A DNA stretch of 64,000 nt from Bacteroidota bacterium (GCA_043797815.1 JAZDPG010000063.1:85232-149231), one strand, 5' to 3'. Positions 47,201 to 57,273 are shown, counted from the first letter of the stretch. Translations and numbers: made by a program. Notes: generated by a model from the letters alone, not told the origin.

Positions 47201-47266
47201 GTGGTTTATGATACCATCAGGGGTGATGAAACCGCCCGGATGCTGAAAGGGACTGTCAGGAAGTAG
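44231..47266 (+). CDS. secDF: protein translocase subunit SecDF (fused)
   Basis: 1011 aa; two 6-TM SecD/SecF modules with a large periplasmic domain; fusion typical of Bacteroidota. Confidence 0.95.
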   Translation: MQNKGAIRLFTIILAIVSVYQLLFTVFSQKVEKDARTLSNGDVRMERSYLDSMKGEVVYNVLFKKYTYQDCKEREINLGLDLKGGMNVILEIAVEDIVRSIAAPQYLTDPVFTETMALAHQKKTNSQSDFVDLFAEAFEELNPGAQLAQFFMTPETRGEIDFNTSNQEVVDFLKIEAESAIDNSYNVLRNRIDRFGVVQLNIQKLERQGRILVELPGVKEPERVAKLLTGTANLEFWTTYSAPEVWTYLERANNTLATILSVDAPETVGETGSSVSAESGEPESILEIPQDELLLDTAGLDLLSGLDSTSVLDDQEAQFYKENPLIAVLTPYLDNERNFIPGSTVGVVLLKDTAKVNAYLSIPQIKQLFPSDMKFSWHFQADGTEQQFIRLHALKATRNGQPALDGKYVTDARVGTDPYTGEFNVSMNMNSEGAKRWANLTRENVGEALAIVLDGLVYSAPTVNEEIKGGSSSISGNFTQTDADDLANILKSGKMPARARIESSEVIGPSLGAKSVKDGMHSFLIAFVVVLAYMIFYYSRRAGLVADIALMANMFFLVGVLASLQAVLTLPGIAGIVLTIGMSVDANVLIYERIREELSAGKNLKTAVKDGYKNAYSAIFDAQITTFLTGLILFFFGTGPIKGFATTLVIGILTSLFSGIILTRLIYEGMLAKGRNITFDTRITRNFFKNTKIDFIGKRKIFYLISGTIMLAGVVSLATRGLNLGVDFSGGRNYVIAFHHDVETVEVQSSLAGAFGETPLVITYGNKSTVRVTTKYLIDDESPTVDSVIVAQMYKGLKPYLDDGATLDEFLNGQEYIISAIKVGPTIANDIKRVAVIVIFASLLIIFLYILIRFRNWQFGLGAVVALMHDVLIVIGLFSLLHGFMPFSLELDQSFIAAILTVVGYSINDTVVIFDRIREYVGLQKKRERREIFNAALNSTLSRTFSTSLSTFFVLLAIFIFGGDVIRGFIFALLIGVVVGTYSSLFIATPVVYDTIRGDETARMLKGTVRK

Positions 47267-47285
47267 TCTTCACCGGAATAACAAT

Positions 47286-47984
47286 TTACCGGGGGGTGAG
47301 GGAGGAGATCTTAAAGATGAATCCCACACCCCTTTTTGTTTCCAGTGAAACAGAGTGTTCCGATTGCAGGTATTTTCTCAGCCGCGAAACAAATACGTCC
47401 ATGGAACGTCCGAGGAAGTAATCGTTCTTGCCCCAAAGTTCCTCCAGGATCTGTTCTCTTGTGAGCAGCATATTGGGATGATCCATCAGGTACCTTAGCA
47501 GTTGTGATTCACGGGGAGTCAGGTTGTAATTGTTTCCCTCATCCTGAATCATCAGTTCGTTGAATCTGATCAGGAGTTTTCCAAGCTGTACAGGTTCCGT
47601 TTTAACCTCGGTCACCTTTCCTGCACGTCTGAGGATGTTGTGAAGCCTTAAAACCAGTTCCTCTGCCTCAAAGGGTTTGGTTATATAATCATCGGCCCCG
47701 ATCTTCAAACCTTTCAGCCGGTCCTCTTTCTGATTCTTTGCGGTGAGGAACACAATAGGCATCTGGGGATCCAGGGCGCGGATTTCACCTGCCAGGGTGA
47801 AACCATCCATCACCGGCATCATCACGTCCAGGATGCACAGATCGGTATGGTGTTTTTGGAAAACCTCGAGGGCATGCTTGCCGTGGTTTGCCGTGTTTAC
47901 TGTAAATCCTGACAATTCAAGGTATTGAGCCAGGACTTTCTGTAAATCGATATCGTCTTCAACCAGTAAGATTTCCATTTGCAT
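47286..47984 (-). CDS. response regulator transcription factor (OmpR/PhoB family)
   Basis: 232 aa; receiver DLCILDVMMP, C-terminal winged-helix LTPRESQLLRYL...VFVSRLRKYL. Confidence 0.9.
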   Translation of the reverse strand: MQMEILLVEDDIDLQKVLAQYLELSGFTVNTANHGKHALEVFQKHHTDLCILDVMMPVMDGFTLAGEIRALDPQMPIVFLTAKNQKEDRLKGLKIGADDYITKPFEAEELVLRLHNILRRAGKVTEVKTEPVQLGKLLIRFNELMIQDEGNNYNLTPRESQLLRYLMDHPNMLLTREQILEELWGKNDYFLGRSMDVFVSRLRKYLQSEHSVSLETKRGVGFIFKISSLTPR

Positions 47985-49347
47985 AAGGTATTTTTATGAT
48001 AAACGCTGTTCCTTTTCCAGGTTCACTGCTGACCAGGATCGTTCCCGCGTGGGCTTCCACAATCTGTTTTACATAATAGAGACCCAGGCCAAGGCCTTTG
48101 ATAACCCTCTGTTTGGATTCCAGGCCCCGGAAAAATTTCTCGAATATGTGTTTCAGTTCATCCTTCCTGATCCCGGGTCCGTTGTCAGTCACTGAGAGCC
48201 AAAGGAATCCATCACGTCCGGTGACTGATAAAGTGATTACACAAGGGGAATTCCCGTATTTTACGGCATTGGACAACAGGTTGTTAACAGCAGTAGACAT
48301 GTGTACTTCATCCAGGTTCATTGATCCGGGGGGGAAATCCACCTCCAGGGTGAGTTCCATGGAGACCTGGTCACTTTTGAGCCGGAATGCTTCTGTAAGA
48401 CCCCTGATCCAGTCCCCAACATTGATTTCCTTCTTTTTCAACCTGACCTGGTCTTTCTCCCAGATATTGATATCCAGGATGCGGTCGATCAGTTCGGTAA
48501 GATGCCTGTTCTGTTTCTTGATCAGGCCCGAAAGTTCTTCCACCTTATCCTGCTGCCGGATCACAGAACTGTTTCCAAGTGTGCTGGAGGCCACAGATAT
48601 GGTGGATAGGGGGGTTTTCAATTCATGGGTCATGTTGTTGATGAAGTCGGTTTTCATTTCCGACAACCTCTTTTGAAGAAACATGTTTCTCAGGGTCATG
48701 TAGAAAACAGAGAATACCAGAAGAAGGGTAAATACGGAGAGGATCAGGATCAGCCACATTTCGTTAAGGACCAGTTGCGTCCGGTTCCTGAAATTGATGT
48801 AAATGTCATAGGAGATGCGAAAAAAATTCCGCTCATGGGTATAGGAGCCAACCAGTAATGCACCACCTGGAGGCGCTTCAGGTAGGAGTGTGTCGGGATA
48901 GACCTGCTGCTCAAAACCCGCATCCAGAAGGAATAGTTCTTTCATAGACAGGAGATAAGTGAATTCAGGATTTTCACCGGCCTTCCGGATGGTTTCCTTC
49001 ATGAATAACTGCGGCTCCATGTAGCTGGCCATGATTTCATAGAATGCTCCTGCAACGGGTTTCATGATTGAATCAGGATTGGGAAACTGGTATTCTAAAG
49101 CCAGGTTATCAAGTAGATATAAAACAGAATCGAAGGCAAAGTTGAAATCCAGGTTGTTGAATTCGCGAAGGGCTTCCCTGGCCAGGGTTCCGTACCTGGC
49201 ATCAAATTGTTTTTGCTTGGTCAGGTACGTGTCGGTAATAAACATGATCTGCACTGCGATAAGAACCACAAGGGCCAGGGCAGATAAACAAATAAGGAAA
49301 CGGCTCTTCATCCGTATCATTTTGACAACGAAGATAATATCTTTCAT
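47959..49347 (-). CDS. sensor histidine kinase
   Basis: 462 aa (alternative starts 49320/49311); two TM segments; H-box FINNMTHELKTPL; N, G1, G2 boxes; 26-nt overlap with the regulator gene. Confidence 0.9.
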   Translation of the reverse strand: MKDIIFVVKMIRMKSRFLICLSALALVVLIAVQIMFITDTYLTKQKQFDARYGTLAREALREFNNLDFNFAFDSVLYLLDNLALEYQFPNPDSIMKPVAGAFYEIMASYMEPQLFMKETIRKAGENPEFTYLLSMKELFLLDAGFEQQVYPDTLLPEAPPGGALLVGSYTHERNFFRISYDIYINFRNRTQLVLNEMWLILILSVFTLLLVFSVFYMTLRNMFLQKRLSEMKTDFINNMTHELKTPLSTISVASSTLGNSSVIRQQDKVEELSGLIKKQNRHLTELIDRILDINIWEKDQVRLKKKEINVGDWIRGLTEAFRLKSDQVSMELTLEVDFPPGSMNLDEVHMSTAVNNLLSNAVKYGNSPCVITLSVTGRDGFLWLSVTDNGPGIRKDELKHIFEKFFRGLESKQRVIKGLGLGLYYVKQIVEAHAGTILVSSEPGKGTAFIIKIPYANGNLTG

Positions 49348-49402
49348 CTGTCGTTAACCAACCGTTAACGCAGCATTAACCAAGTTGTACGGCTAGACCG
49401 GC

Positions 49403-49410
49403 TATTTTTG
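49403..49410 (+). promoter_or_regulatory. Bacteroidota -7 promoter box (TATTTTTG)
   Basis: Exact TAnnTTTG match 35 nt upstream of ATG 49445. Confidence 0.4.
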
Positions 49411-49444
49411 CAGTATAAACCATTTGTTATAAAAACACATTGCC

Positions 49445-50092
49445 ATGAAAGCAAGACCTACAATCTTATTTTTTCTGACCCTGTTCTTCGTAATGGGCAC
49501 AGGCCCCAAAATCCTGGCACAGCAATCCAAAGATGAACCGGCCAAGGAAGTAGAGAAAGAGCGGAAGATGGAGGCAAAGGCCGCCCAGGATGCTGAACTA
49601 AGAGCCAGGAAAGAGATGCTTGAACAGCAGCAGGATGAAATGCGCAGCCAGGAAATGGAGTATGCCGAACAAGTCAGGGAGGCTTCCCGTGCGAGGGCAG
49701 TATACCGTTCCGGCGGGGTGGCGGAAGTGGAGCCTGTTGCCCGTGTAGCTCCTTTTTATTTCCAGGAGACCCAAACCCAATTGACCCTGCGCAATAGTTT
49801 CAGGGGAGGTACGGATTCTTCGAAGGGTGTATTTGATCTGGAATCAGGTACCAGGTATTTCAGGTGTATGATCAACGGGAAGGTCAACTCCGGAGAGATT
49901 TACATCAAAGTGTTGTACCCGGGTGGAAAGGTATTTAAAGAACTGACCATCAATTCTTCGGCTGAGATCAGCTTCAGCCAGTCATTGAACATCAAGGAAG
50001 GGGAGGAGAATAAATACGTCGGTTCATGGCAGTATGAGGTGAAAGCCGATAAAGCCGAAGGAAATTATATGCTTCAGATTTCCTACAATTAG
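49445..50092 (+). CDS. exported hypothetical protein (E/Q/K-rich helical region + beta-rich C-terminus)
   Basis: 215-aa ORF with signal peptide; divergent from the two-component operon. Confidence 0.6.
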   Translation: MKARPTILFFLTLFFVMGTGPKILAQQSKDEPAKEVEKERKMEAKAAQDAELRARKEMLEQQQDEMRSQEMEYAEQVREASRARAVYRSGGVAEVEPVARVAPFYFQETQTQLTLRNSFRGGTDSSKGVFDLESGTRYFRCMINGKVNSGEIYIKVLYPGGKVFKELTINSSAEISFSQSLNIKEGEENKYVGSWQYEVKADKAEGNYMLQISYN

Positions 50093-50175
50093 CCAGGAAC
50101 AGCGACGAGGTAAATATCCCTTCGCCGCAATGTCACAGTGAAGCGATATATTCAATAGAAATACTCCGGAATTAC

Positions 50176-50183
50176 TATATTTG
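50176..50183 (+). promoter_or_regulatory. Bacteroidota -7 promoter box (TATATTTG)
   Basis: Exact TAnnTTTG match 18 nt upstream of the tatA ATG. Confidence 0.4.
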
Positions 50184-50200
50184 CGTAAATCTAAGCAAGG

Positions 50201-50506
50201 ATGTTTGGGACATTTCTATTTATCAGCGGGCAGGAGGTTATTGTTGTTTTATTGATTGCTTTGTTGTTGTTTGGATCCAAGGAGATCCCAAAGCTGGCCA
50301 GGACTTTCGGGAAGGGGATGAAAGAGTTCAAGCGGGCCACCGAAGATATCAAACGGGAATTTGAGGAGAGTACGCCTGACGTGATGGAAGATTTCAAAGA
50401 CATCAAGAAAACCCTCACCAAGGGCGCAGATGAAATTAAGAAGAATCTTACCAAAGATGCTGACCAGATTGCGAAAGGTGTGAAGAAAACCATGGACCTT
50501 GATTAG
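50201..50506 (+). CDS. tatA: twin-arginine translocase TatA/E family subunit
   Basis: 101 aa; VIVVLLIALLLFGSKEIPKLARTFGKGMKEFKRA is the TatA TM + amphipathic helix signature. Confidence 0.9.
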   Translation: MFGTFLFISGQEVIVVLLIALLLFGSKEIPKLARTFGKGMKEFKRATEDIKREFEESTPDVMEDFKDIKKTLTKGADEIKKNLTKDADQIAKGVKKTMDLD

Positions 50507-50522
50507 CCCCTTGCCCTGATCC

Positions 50523-51461
50523 ATGGTACAAGTCTATCTCTTTTTGCTGCTTGGCCTGTTACTGCTTTTTGTAAGCGGAAAGTTCCTGGTTGACAGCAGT
50601 GTGGCCATCGCCCGCCGGTTAAGAATCCCCACCATGATTATTGGCCTGACAGTGGTTGCCTTCGGCACCTCTGCTCCTGAATTACTTGTCAGTCTCCAGG
50701 CGGCATTCAGGGGATACCCGGAAATTGCAATGGGCAATGTAGTTGGAAGCAATATTTCCAACATTCTTCTGGTCCTTGCCATCACTGCCATCATATATCC
50801 CATTCCTGTTCCATCCTCATCGGTGAAGCAGGACTGGCCGGTTTTAATGTTAGTCTCCCTGGTATTGTTTGGGTTTTCACTGGATGGAACCCTGCAAAGG
50901 TATGAAGGCCTTATTCTGATTATTTTACTGCTCATCTACCTGGGGATGGCGATGCATCAGTCACGTAAAAATCCCATGGTGCGGGATCCGTTGAAAGACC
51001 GCCGGCCCGGATTAAAAATCTGGGTTGCAGTTCTCCTTTTCATGGCTTCCTGCGTGGGTCTTGCCCTTGGTGCAAATCTGCTGGTGGAAAATGCAGCTAC
51101 CATAGCCGGGAAAATGGGCGTTTCTCAGCGGGTCATTTCCATTACCATGGTGGCGGTGGGAACCAGTATTCCTGAATTGGCCACCAGCGTCATAGCTGCG
51201 CTTAAAAAAGAGACTGATATTTCGGTGGGGAACATCATTGGTTCCAACATCATAAACATCCTTGCGGTACTGGGTTTAACAGGTATGGTTGGGAACATCA
51301 GTGTGGACCGGGCCATCGCCCGTTTCGACATACCATGGATGCTGGGTGTTACACTGGTATTGCTGTTCCTGATGGTGCCCGCAGCACGTTCGCGCATCAC
51401 CCGGTGGGAAGGCGTCCTGATGATTTTGATCTATCTTCTGTATATTTACCTGATATTTTAG
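50523..51461 (+). CDS. calcium/sodium antiporter (CaCA, YrbG-like)
   Basis: 312 aa; duplicated alpha-repeats GLTVVAFGTSAPEL and ITMVAVGTSIPEL. Confidence 0.9.
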   Translation: MVQVYLFLLLGLLLLFVSGKFLVDSSVAIARRLRIPTMIIGLTVVAFGTSAPELLVSLQAAFRGYPEIAMGNVVGSNISNILLVLAITAIIYPIPVPSSSVKQDWPVLMLVSLVLFGFSLDGTLQRYEGLILIILLLIYLGMAMHQSRKNPMVRDPLKDRRPGLKIWVAVLLFMASCVGLALGANLLVENAATIAGKMGVSQRVISITMVAVGTSIPELATSVIAALKKETDISVGNIIGSNIINILAVLGLTGMVGNISVDRAIARFDIPWMLGVTLVLLFLMVPAARSRITRWEGVLMILIYLLYIYLIF

Positions 51462-51467
51462 CCAGGG

Positions 51468-52121
51468 ATGATTAAAACAGAACACATCACCAAATCGTTT
51501 GGAAGCCTGCAGGTACTGAAAGGGATTAGCATGGAGATCGCTGAGGGTGAAGTGGTCTCTATTGTGGGTCCTTCCGGGGCGGGTAAGACCACTCTTTTGC
51601 AGATTCTGGGAACGCTGAGCCAGCAGGATGGCGGCGAGGTGTTCATCAACGGGATCCGGACCGACACCCTGGCGGGAAACCAGCTGGCCAGGTTTCGCAA
51701 CAGAAACATAGGTTTCGTGTTCCAGTTTCACCAGTTGCTGCCCGAATTTAATGCGCTGGAAAATGTAAGTATTCCCGGATACATTGCGCGGACGCCAAGA
51801 AAGAAGGTAGAGGAACGGGCCAGGGAGTTGCTCAATTTCCTGGGTCTCTCCGACAGACTGGACCATAAACCCGGTGAATTGTCAGGCGGGGAGCAGCAAA
51901 GGGTAGCAGTTGCCCGTGCGCTGATCAACGACCCACAGGTCATCCTTGCCGATGAGCCTTCGGGAAACCTGGATACAGAGAACAAACAGGAGCTTCATAA
52001 GTTGTTTATCCGCCTCAGGGAAAAATTTAATAAAACCCTGGTGATTGTTACCCATGACAGGGATCTGGCAGGAATGTCAGACCGGATTATTACCATGAAA
52101 GATGGCCGGGTGGAACAGTGA
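51468..52121 (+). CDS. ABC transporter ATP-binding protein (LolD/FtsE-like)
   Basis: 217 aa; Walker [10 protein letters not shown], signature LSGGEQQR, Walker B ILADEP. Confidence 0.9.
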   Translation: MIKTEHITKSFGSLQVLKGISMEIAEGEVVSIVGPSGAGKTTLLQILGTLSQQDGGEVFINGIRTDTLAGNQLARFRNRNIGFVFQFHQLLPEFNALENVSIPGYIARTPRKKVEERARELLNFLGLSDRLDHKPGELSGGEQQRVAVARALINDPQVILADEPSGNLDTENKQELHKLFIRLREKFNKTLVIVTHDRDLAGMSDRIITMKDGRVEQ

Positions 52122-52715
52122 GATCGATCCGGCCGGACTGAAGGCGTTCCTGGACGAAAAAGTCACACTGTACAATACCCCCCGGTTCATCCAAACAGAC
52201 CCCATCCAGGTTCCCCATACATACACCGAACCTGCAGATATTGAGATATCAGCTTTTCTCACTGCAGTATTTTCCTGGGGTCGAAAGGCTACCATTATTG
52301 CGAGTGCACGGAAAATGATGGCCATGATGTCCATGGGGATCTGGCGGAAGCCATCATCGGATTCAGGGAGCTTTTCTTTCAGGTCGCCGAGCCGGGACGA
52401 ACGTCCAAACATTTGCCGGACCTTCAAAAGAAACCTGCAAGGAAACGACTCAACATGTTCCTCAGGTGGATGGTACGCAGAGACCGGCAGGGAGTAGATT
52501 TCGGGATCTGGGATCAGATACCCATGCATGCCCTCTATATCCCCCTGGACGTACATTCGGGATCGGTGGCAAGGAAACTGGGATTGTTGAACCGGAGACA
52601 AAATGACTGGCCAGCCGTGGAAGAACTTACTTCAAAGTTGCAGGAACTTGATCCGGCCGATCCTGTCAGGTATGATTATGCCCTGTTTGGCCTGGGCTCA
52701 TTTGAGGAATTCTGA
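52102..52715 (+). pseudogene. TIGR02757 (DUF2400)-family gene, frameshifted and apparently internally deleted
   Basis: Family-like N-part (LYNTPRFIQTDPIQVPH...FSWGRKATII) in frame of ORF 52102-52497. Family-like C-part (FRELFF...KRLNMFLRWMVRRD..GVDFGIW...PLDVH...DPVRYDYALFGLG) in frame of ORF 52413-52715. Frame switch near 52325-52350. Confidence 0.6.
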
Positions 52716-54036
52716 TCTCCTCTTCCACAAAACCGATACCGTATTTTTTTAGTTCGTCCAAAACCGGATTATAGATTCCCGGATGAATGGGTACCTGTAC
52801 ACCGGGCTCGCGGAATTTGCCCTCCAGGATAAGCCGGGCGGTCATGGCCAGTGGCAATCCCACAGTCACAGCCATGGCTGTGGTTTTTGTATCCAGACCC
52901 ACATACACCATGGTGGAATACCTCTTCTTGTGGATTCCGTCCAGAGAGAAGTCAAACTGGTGCTGCATCACAATCATATCCTTGTCCTCCGGGTCAAGCT
53001 TCCATTTCTCCTCGAGGATCATTTGCAGGACACCGGCAGGGGTGAGCCCCGCTACCCCGATCCTTTTGTTTTCGAAGATACCCAGCCACCTGAGGCGCTC
53101 CATCATTTCCGAATCTTCACTGAAACCCAGGTAACGGGCAAGTTTTGTTTCCACCGGGATACTGGTTTCATAGGCCATGAAGCTGTTGATGAATTCACGG
53201 CAGGTCATATTTTCCGTATTCTCCATCACATAAGAATCATCGGTGGCACCAAGCTGAACGAAAATGTCCCAGGCTTCACAGAATCCGGGCCTCCGGATGG
53301 TACCGCGGAACATGGTTTCCAGGTTATTCAGGCCATAGGTTTCGCGGTATGTGAGTGAGTCCCGGTTTCCGTAAACTTCAAATGTACCCAGTTTGGGTAC
53401 CTGGATGGTCTCAATCCGGCGGAATACTTTGTGATAAGGGATGTATTTGAATTTGCCGTTGTGCAGGAAACGGGCGCCTTCATTCCCTGCCAGCACCACA
53501 TTCCTGGGGTTCCATGTGAATTTATACTGCCAGGGATTGTTTTCATACCCAGGGGCCACCAGTCCCCCTGTGCTTGATTCAAAGGCCAGCAGTTCCCCCC
53601 CCTCATCTCTGATCTTTTCGATCATCTGCACAGCCGACATATGGTCGATTCCAGGATCCACCCCGCATTCATTCATCAGGACGATTCCCTTTTTCCGGGC
53701 GGCTTTGTCAAGTGCTTTGATGGAGGGAGAAAGATAGGAGGCCGTAACCATATCCCTGCCGATCTCAACACACGCCTCGGCAACCAGAGGGTGCATTCTG
53801 GCCGGGAGCAGGCTGATGACGATACTTGCCTTGCGGATCTCCTGGTAGCACTGCTCAGCCTGGTAAACGTCGAACAGGAATGCCTCCCCCGATGGATGAC
53901 CCTCAATCCGGGAAAGGGCATGTTCCAGGTTGATATCGCCCACACGTACCTTCCAGCCCTGATCTGCATGATCCAGGAAGTATTTAATCAAGGAGGTTGA
54001 GGAGAGACCAGCACCAAGAACAAGAATCGTCTGCAT
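52666..54036 (-). CDS. saccharopine dehydrogenase family protein
   Basis: ORF 52666-54096 trimmed to ATG 54036 (MQTILVLGAGLSS Rossmann start); 50-nt convergent overlap with the pseudogene end. Confidence 0.85.
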   Translation of the reverse strand: MQTILVLGAGLSSTSLIKYFLDHADQGWKVRVGDINLEHALSRIEGHPSGEAFLFDVYQAEQCYQEIRKASIVISLLPARMHPLVAEACVEIGRDMVTASYLSPSIKALDKAARKKGIVLMNECGVDPGIDHMSAVQMIEKIRDEGGELLAFESSTGGLVAPGYENNPWQYKFTWNPRNVVLAGNEGARFLHNGKFKYIPYHKVFRRIETIQVPKLGTFEVYGNRDSLTYRETYGLNNLETMFRGTIRRPGFCEAWDIFVQLGATDDSYVMENTENMTCREFINSFMAYETSIPVETKLARYLGFSEDSEMMERLRWLGIFENKRIGVAGLTPAGVLQMILEEKWKLDPEDKDMIVMQHQFDFSLDGIHKKRYSTMVYVGLDTKTTAMAVTVGLPLAMTARLILEGKFREPGVQVPIHPGIYNPVLDELKKYGIGFVEEEIRIPQMSPGQTGHNHT

Positions 54037-54117
54037 GGAGATAAATTGAAGACCAAATATACGAAACAGGGTTCTGCCTGCAGATATCCGGGTCACTACT
54101 TTAAAACATACGGAATT

Positions 54118-54717
54118 CTATTTACCCAGCTGGGATTTCAGGATCCTGGCAATGTATTTTCCTATGATATCAAATTCAATATTCACCACTGTACCCACCT
54201 GGATCTGGTGAAAGTTTGTAAGTTCGTAAGTGAAGGGTATGATGGCCACCTGGAAGGAGCGATCCTTTGAATTAACCACTGTCAGACTCACCCCGTTCAC
54301 AGATACGGAACCCTTTTCTACGGTAATATGTTCTTCGCTCACAGGATCATATTCGAAGGTATAGTACCAGCTTCCATCCGCTTCCGCCACTTCGGTACAG
54401 GTGCCGGTAAGGTCCACATGACCCTGCACCATATGACCGTCAAGCCTGGAATCCAGCCTTGTACTTCGTTCCAGGTTGACTTTGTCCCCGGTCTTCAGAA
54501 GTCCCAGGTTCGATTTGAGGAGGGTCTCCCTGATGGCAGTCACCGTGTATGTTTCATCCTCGATCTTCACAACCGTAAGACATACCCCGTTGTGTGAGAT
54601 GCTTTGGTCGATTTTTAACTCATGGGTAAAGGAACATTGCATGGTGATATGCAGGTTGTCCTGCTCCTTTTCCAATCGAACCACCCTGGCGGCTTCCTCC
54701 ACAATCCCTGAAAACAT
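54118..54717 (-). CDS. ribE: riboflavin synthase
   Basis: 199 aa; MFSGIVEE start, duplicated lumazine-binding repeats (NGVCLTV / NGVSLTV). Confidence 0.95.
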   Translation of the reverse strand: MFSGIVEEAARVVRLEKEQDNLHITMQCSFTHELKIDQSISHNGVCLTVVKIEDETYTVTAIRETLLKSNLGLLKTGDKVNLERSTRLDSRLDGHMVQGHVDLTGTCTEVAEADGSWYYTFEYDPVSEEHITVEKGSVSVNGVSLTVVNSKDRSFQVAIIPFTYELTNFHQIQVGTVVNIEFDIIGKYIARILKSQLGK

Positions 54718-54731
54718 AATAAGTAGCAGGG

Positions 54732-55988
54732 TTAAAGGCCGAAAGCCTTTTTAAAAGTTTCAACGTAATCCAGTTTTTCCCAGGTAAAGAGTTCCACCTC
54801 AATGGTTTTCTCTTCCCAGTACTGGGAGGTGAATACTTTGGTAACGGTCACCGGTGTTCGTCCCATGTGTCCGTAGGAGGCTGTTTCAGTATAGATGGGA
54901 TTGCGAAGCTTCAGGTTCTTTTCAATGGCAGCCGGCCGCAGATCATATAGTGAAGCAATTTTTTCAGCAATTTTACCATCGGTCAGTTTCACCTTTGATT
55001 TCCCGTAGGTATTCACAAATACACCGATGGGTTTCACCACGCCGATGGCGTAGGAGATCTGTACCAGTATTTCGTCTGTAATCCCGGCAGCCACAATGTT
55101 TTTTGCAATGTGTCTGGCAGCGTAGGCTGCTGAACGGTCCACTTTTGAAGGATCCTTACCCGAGAAGGCACCACCTCCATGGGCACCCTTTCCGCCATAG
55201 GTATCCACGATAATCTTTCTTCCTGTCAGGCCGGTGTCACCGTGGGGCCCGCCGATTACAAATTTCCCGGTGGGGTTTACATGAAGGATGAAGTGATTAT
55301 CAAAAAGGGATTGAAGCCTTGCCGGAAGCTGACCTGCCACACGGGGGATCAGTATATTCTTCACGTCCGAACGGATCTTATTCAGCATTCGCTCATCGTC
55401 ACTGTCAAATTCGTCATGCTGGGTTGAAACAACGATGGTATGAACCCTGATGGGAGTATCATTGTCATCATACTCAATGGTAACCTGCGATTTGGAATCC
55501 GGCCGGAGGTAGGTCATCACTTTTCCTTCCCTGCGTATGGCAGCAAGTTCAATCAGGAGCCTGTGACTCAGCTCAAGGGAGAGGGGCATGAAATCATCTG
55601 TTTCGTTGGTTGCATAACCAAACATCATTCCCTGGTCGCCGGCTCCCTGTTCCATGGGATCTCCCCGGTCAACGCCACGGTTGATGTCCTGTGACTGTTC
55701 ATGGATCATGGTCACCACCCCACACGAATTGTATTCAAACTGGTAGTCGCTGTTTGTATACCCAATCCTTTTGATCGTATCCCGTGCCACTTTTTGCACG
55801 TCGATGTATGTGTCGGTATGTACTTCTCCGGCGAGGACCACCTGACCGGTGGTTACAAGGGTTTCACAGGCTACTTTTGAAGTGGGGTCAAAAGCAAGGA
55901 ATTCATCCAGAAGAGCATCTGAAATCTGGTCTGAAATTTTGTCCGGGTGACCTTCAGAAACGGATTCTGAGGTAAATAAATATGCCAT
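54732..55988 (-). CDS. metK: methionine adenosyltransferase
   Basis: ORF 54732-56018 trimmed to ATG 55988; [35 protein letters not shown] motifs. Confidence 0.97.
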   Translation of the reverse strand: MAYLFTSESVSEGHPDKISDQISDALLDEFLAFDPTSKVACETLVTTGQVVLAGEVHTDTYIDVQKVARDTIKRIGYTNSDYQFEYNSCGVVTMIHEQSQDINRGVDRGDPMEQGAGDQGMMFGYATNETDDFMPLSLELSHRLLIELAAIRREGKVMTYLRPDSKSQVTIEYDDNDTPIRVHTIVVSTQHDEFDSDDERMLNKIRSDVKNILIPRVAGQLPARLQSLFDNHFILHVNPTGKFVIGGPHGDTGLTGRKIIVDTYGGKGAHGGGAFSGKDPSKVDRSAAYAARHIAKNIVAAGITDEILVQISYAIGVVKPIGVFVNTYGKSKVKLTDGKIAEKIASLYDLRPAAIEKNLKLRNPIYTETASYGHMGRTPVTVTKVFTSQYWEEKTIEVELFTWEKLDYVETFKKAFGL

Positions 55989-56132
55989 ATCAATAAAAAT
56001 TTGTTGTTTAACAATCATCCGGGAGAAAAAGCTGATAATCAGGAATAGCCAGTTTTAGCATTTTTTAATGTGGTTGCAATCAGTCAAATCTCTCCACTGA
56101 GATGGAGCAAAGAAACTAAAATAAAAGCACGC

Positions 56133-56166
56133 AACAAAAAAAAGCAGTGTATTTATCACTGCTTTT
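56133..56166 (-). terminator. rho-independent terminator after the TPR lipoprotein gene
   Basis: aaaagcagtg / cactgctttt perfect 10-bp stem (56140-56166), 7-nt loop; on the minus strand it is followed by a run of T (A-run 56135-56143 on plus). Confidence 0.8.
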
Positions 56167-56189
56167 GATATTCTGCTTAAAATTGTAGA

Positions 56190-57170
56190 CTAATTGCAGC
56201 CGGGGACTGATCCCATTTTCTTCTCAGCCCTGGACAGGAAGGGTTCCTCAACCACTTTTCCGTAAGTTTCACAGGCCTTTTCATATTCAACGGTGTTCTC
56301 GTAGGCACTTCCCAGTTCAAAATTGATAGCTGACATCCAGACAGGTTCTGTTTCGGAAAGCAGTGCTTTCAGAGCATATTCTATGGCAGCATCGTACTCC
56401 ACCTTCTTATTGCTGATCAGCGCCAGGTGGTAGAGGGCCCTTGGATTGGCGGGATTGGCAACGAGTGCTTTATCACAGGCTTCAATGACATATTCATAAT
56501 CAGGATCTTCCGGATCGATCATCTCCATCTCATCGACGATGAATTTGTTGTAATAAGAATCAATTTTTCCATCGATCTGTTGTACAGTATTTGTGTCATT
56601 GTCCGCCAGGGCACCTTTTTTGGCCAGGGCAAACTCTTCCAGCATCATTTCGTTCTCACCCTTTTCAAGGAAGATCATTCCTTTTCCAAGATGCGCCTGG
56701 TAAAGGTTTTCATTCATGGCAAGGGCCTTGTCGAAGTAGACCAATGCTTCTGCATAGGATTCATTTTTATAATTGCGCTGGCCTTCCATCATATAAGACT
56801 GCATCAGATATTTCCCTGCTTTCTCACTGGATTCCTGGTTGTTGTTGAATTCATTGGCTGTCTGTACTGTATTCTCCAGGTAAGGAATGGCATTGTCAAA
56901 CTGCTTCCTTTTCATGAACAATGTGGCCTGCCTGTAGTAGGCGAGCGGGATCTGTTCTTCGGCTTTTGCTTTCATTTCATCAGCCTCGGCACCAACGGAT
57001 TCGGCAAGGGTGCGCACCTGATTAAAATGCTCCAGGGATGCATCATACTCCTGGTTGTTGACTTTTTCAACACCTGCATTGAATTCGTTGATCACGTCTG
57101 TAAGGGTTTGGGCAGACAATGAAGCTGCAATCAGTATTCCTCCTAAAATCGCTATTACTCTTAATTTCAT
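56190..57170 (-). CDS. TPR-repeat exported protein
   Basis: 326 aa; signal peptide; multiple A..YF.KAL..N TPR-like repeats. Confidence 0.8.
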   Translation of the reverse strand: MKLRVIAILGGILIAASLSAQTLTDVINEFNAGVEKVNNQEYDASLEHFNQVRTLAESVGAEADEMKAKAEEQIPLAYYRQATLFMKRKQFDNAIPYLENTVQTANEFNNNQESSEKAGKYLMQSYMMEGQRNYKNESYAEALVYFDKALAMNENLYQAHLGKGMIFLEKGENEMMLEEFALAKKGALADNDTNTVQQIDGKIDSYYNKFIVDEMEMIDPEDPDYEYVIEACDKALVANPANPRALYHLALISNKKVEYDAAIEYALKALLSETEPVWMSAINFELGSAYENTVEYEKACETYGKVVEEPFLSRAEKKMGSVPGCN

Positions 57171-57273
57171 AGGGCAAACATTTGGTTAACAAATTGAATC
57201 GGTAAATATATAAATAATGTAAACAAATACAATGCCAATTTGTTTTCGATGCATCTAACAATTAATCAATTGA

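Noticed and set aside
50093-50140. Imperfect hairpin gcgacgagg...ccttcgccgc after gene 49445-50092
   Set aside because: The stem has a mismatch and no T-run follows, so it is not convincing as an intrinsic terminator.
55989-56132. Possible SAM riboswitch in the metK leader (minus strand)
   Set aside because: The leader contains GCAACC and UGCUAAAAC strings reminiscent of SAM-I/SAM-II, plus a small hairpin (ctccatctcagtggag). I could not build the P1-P4 helices or a convincing pseudoknot. An Infernal scan with the Rfam SAM models would settle it.
56427-57122. 231-aa plus-strand ORF
   Set aside because: It is antisense to the TPR lipoprotein gene.
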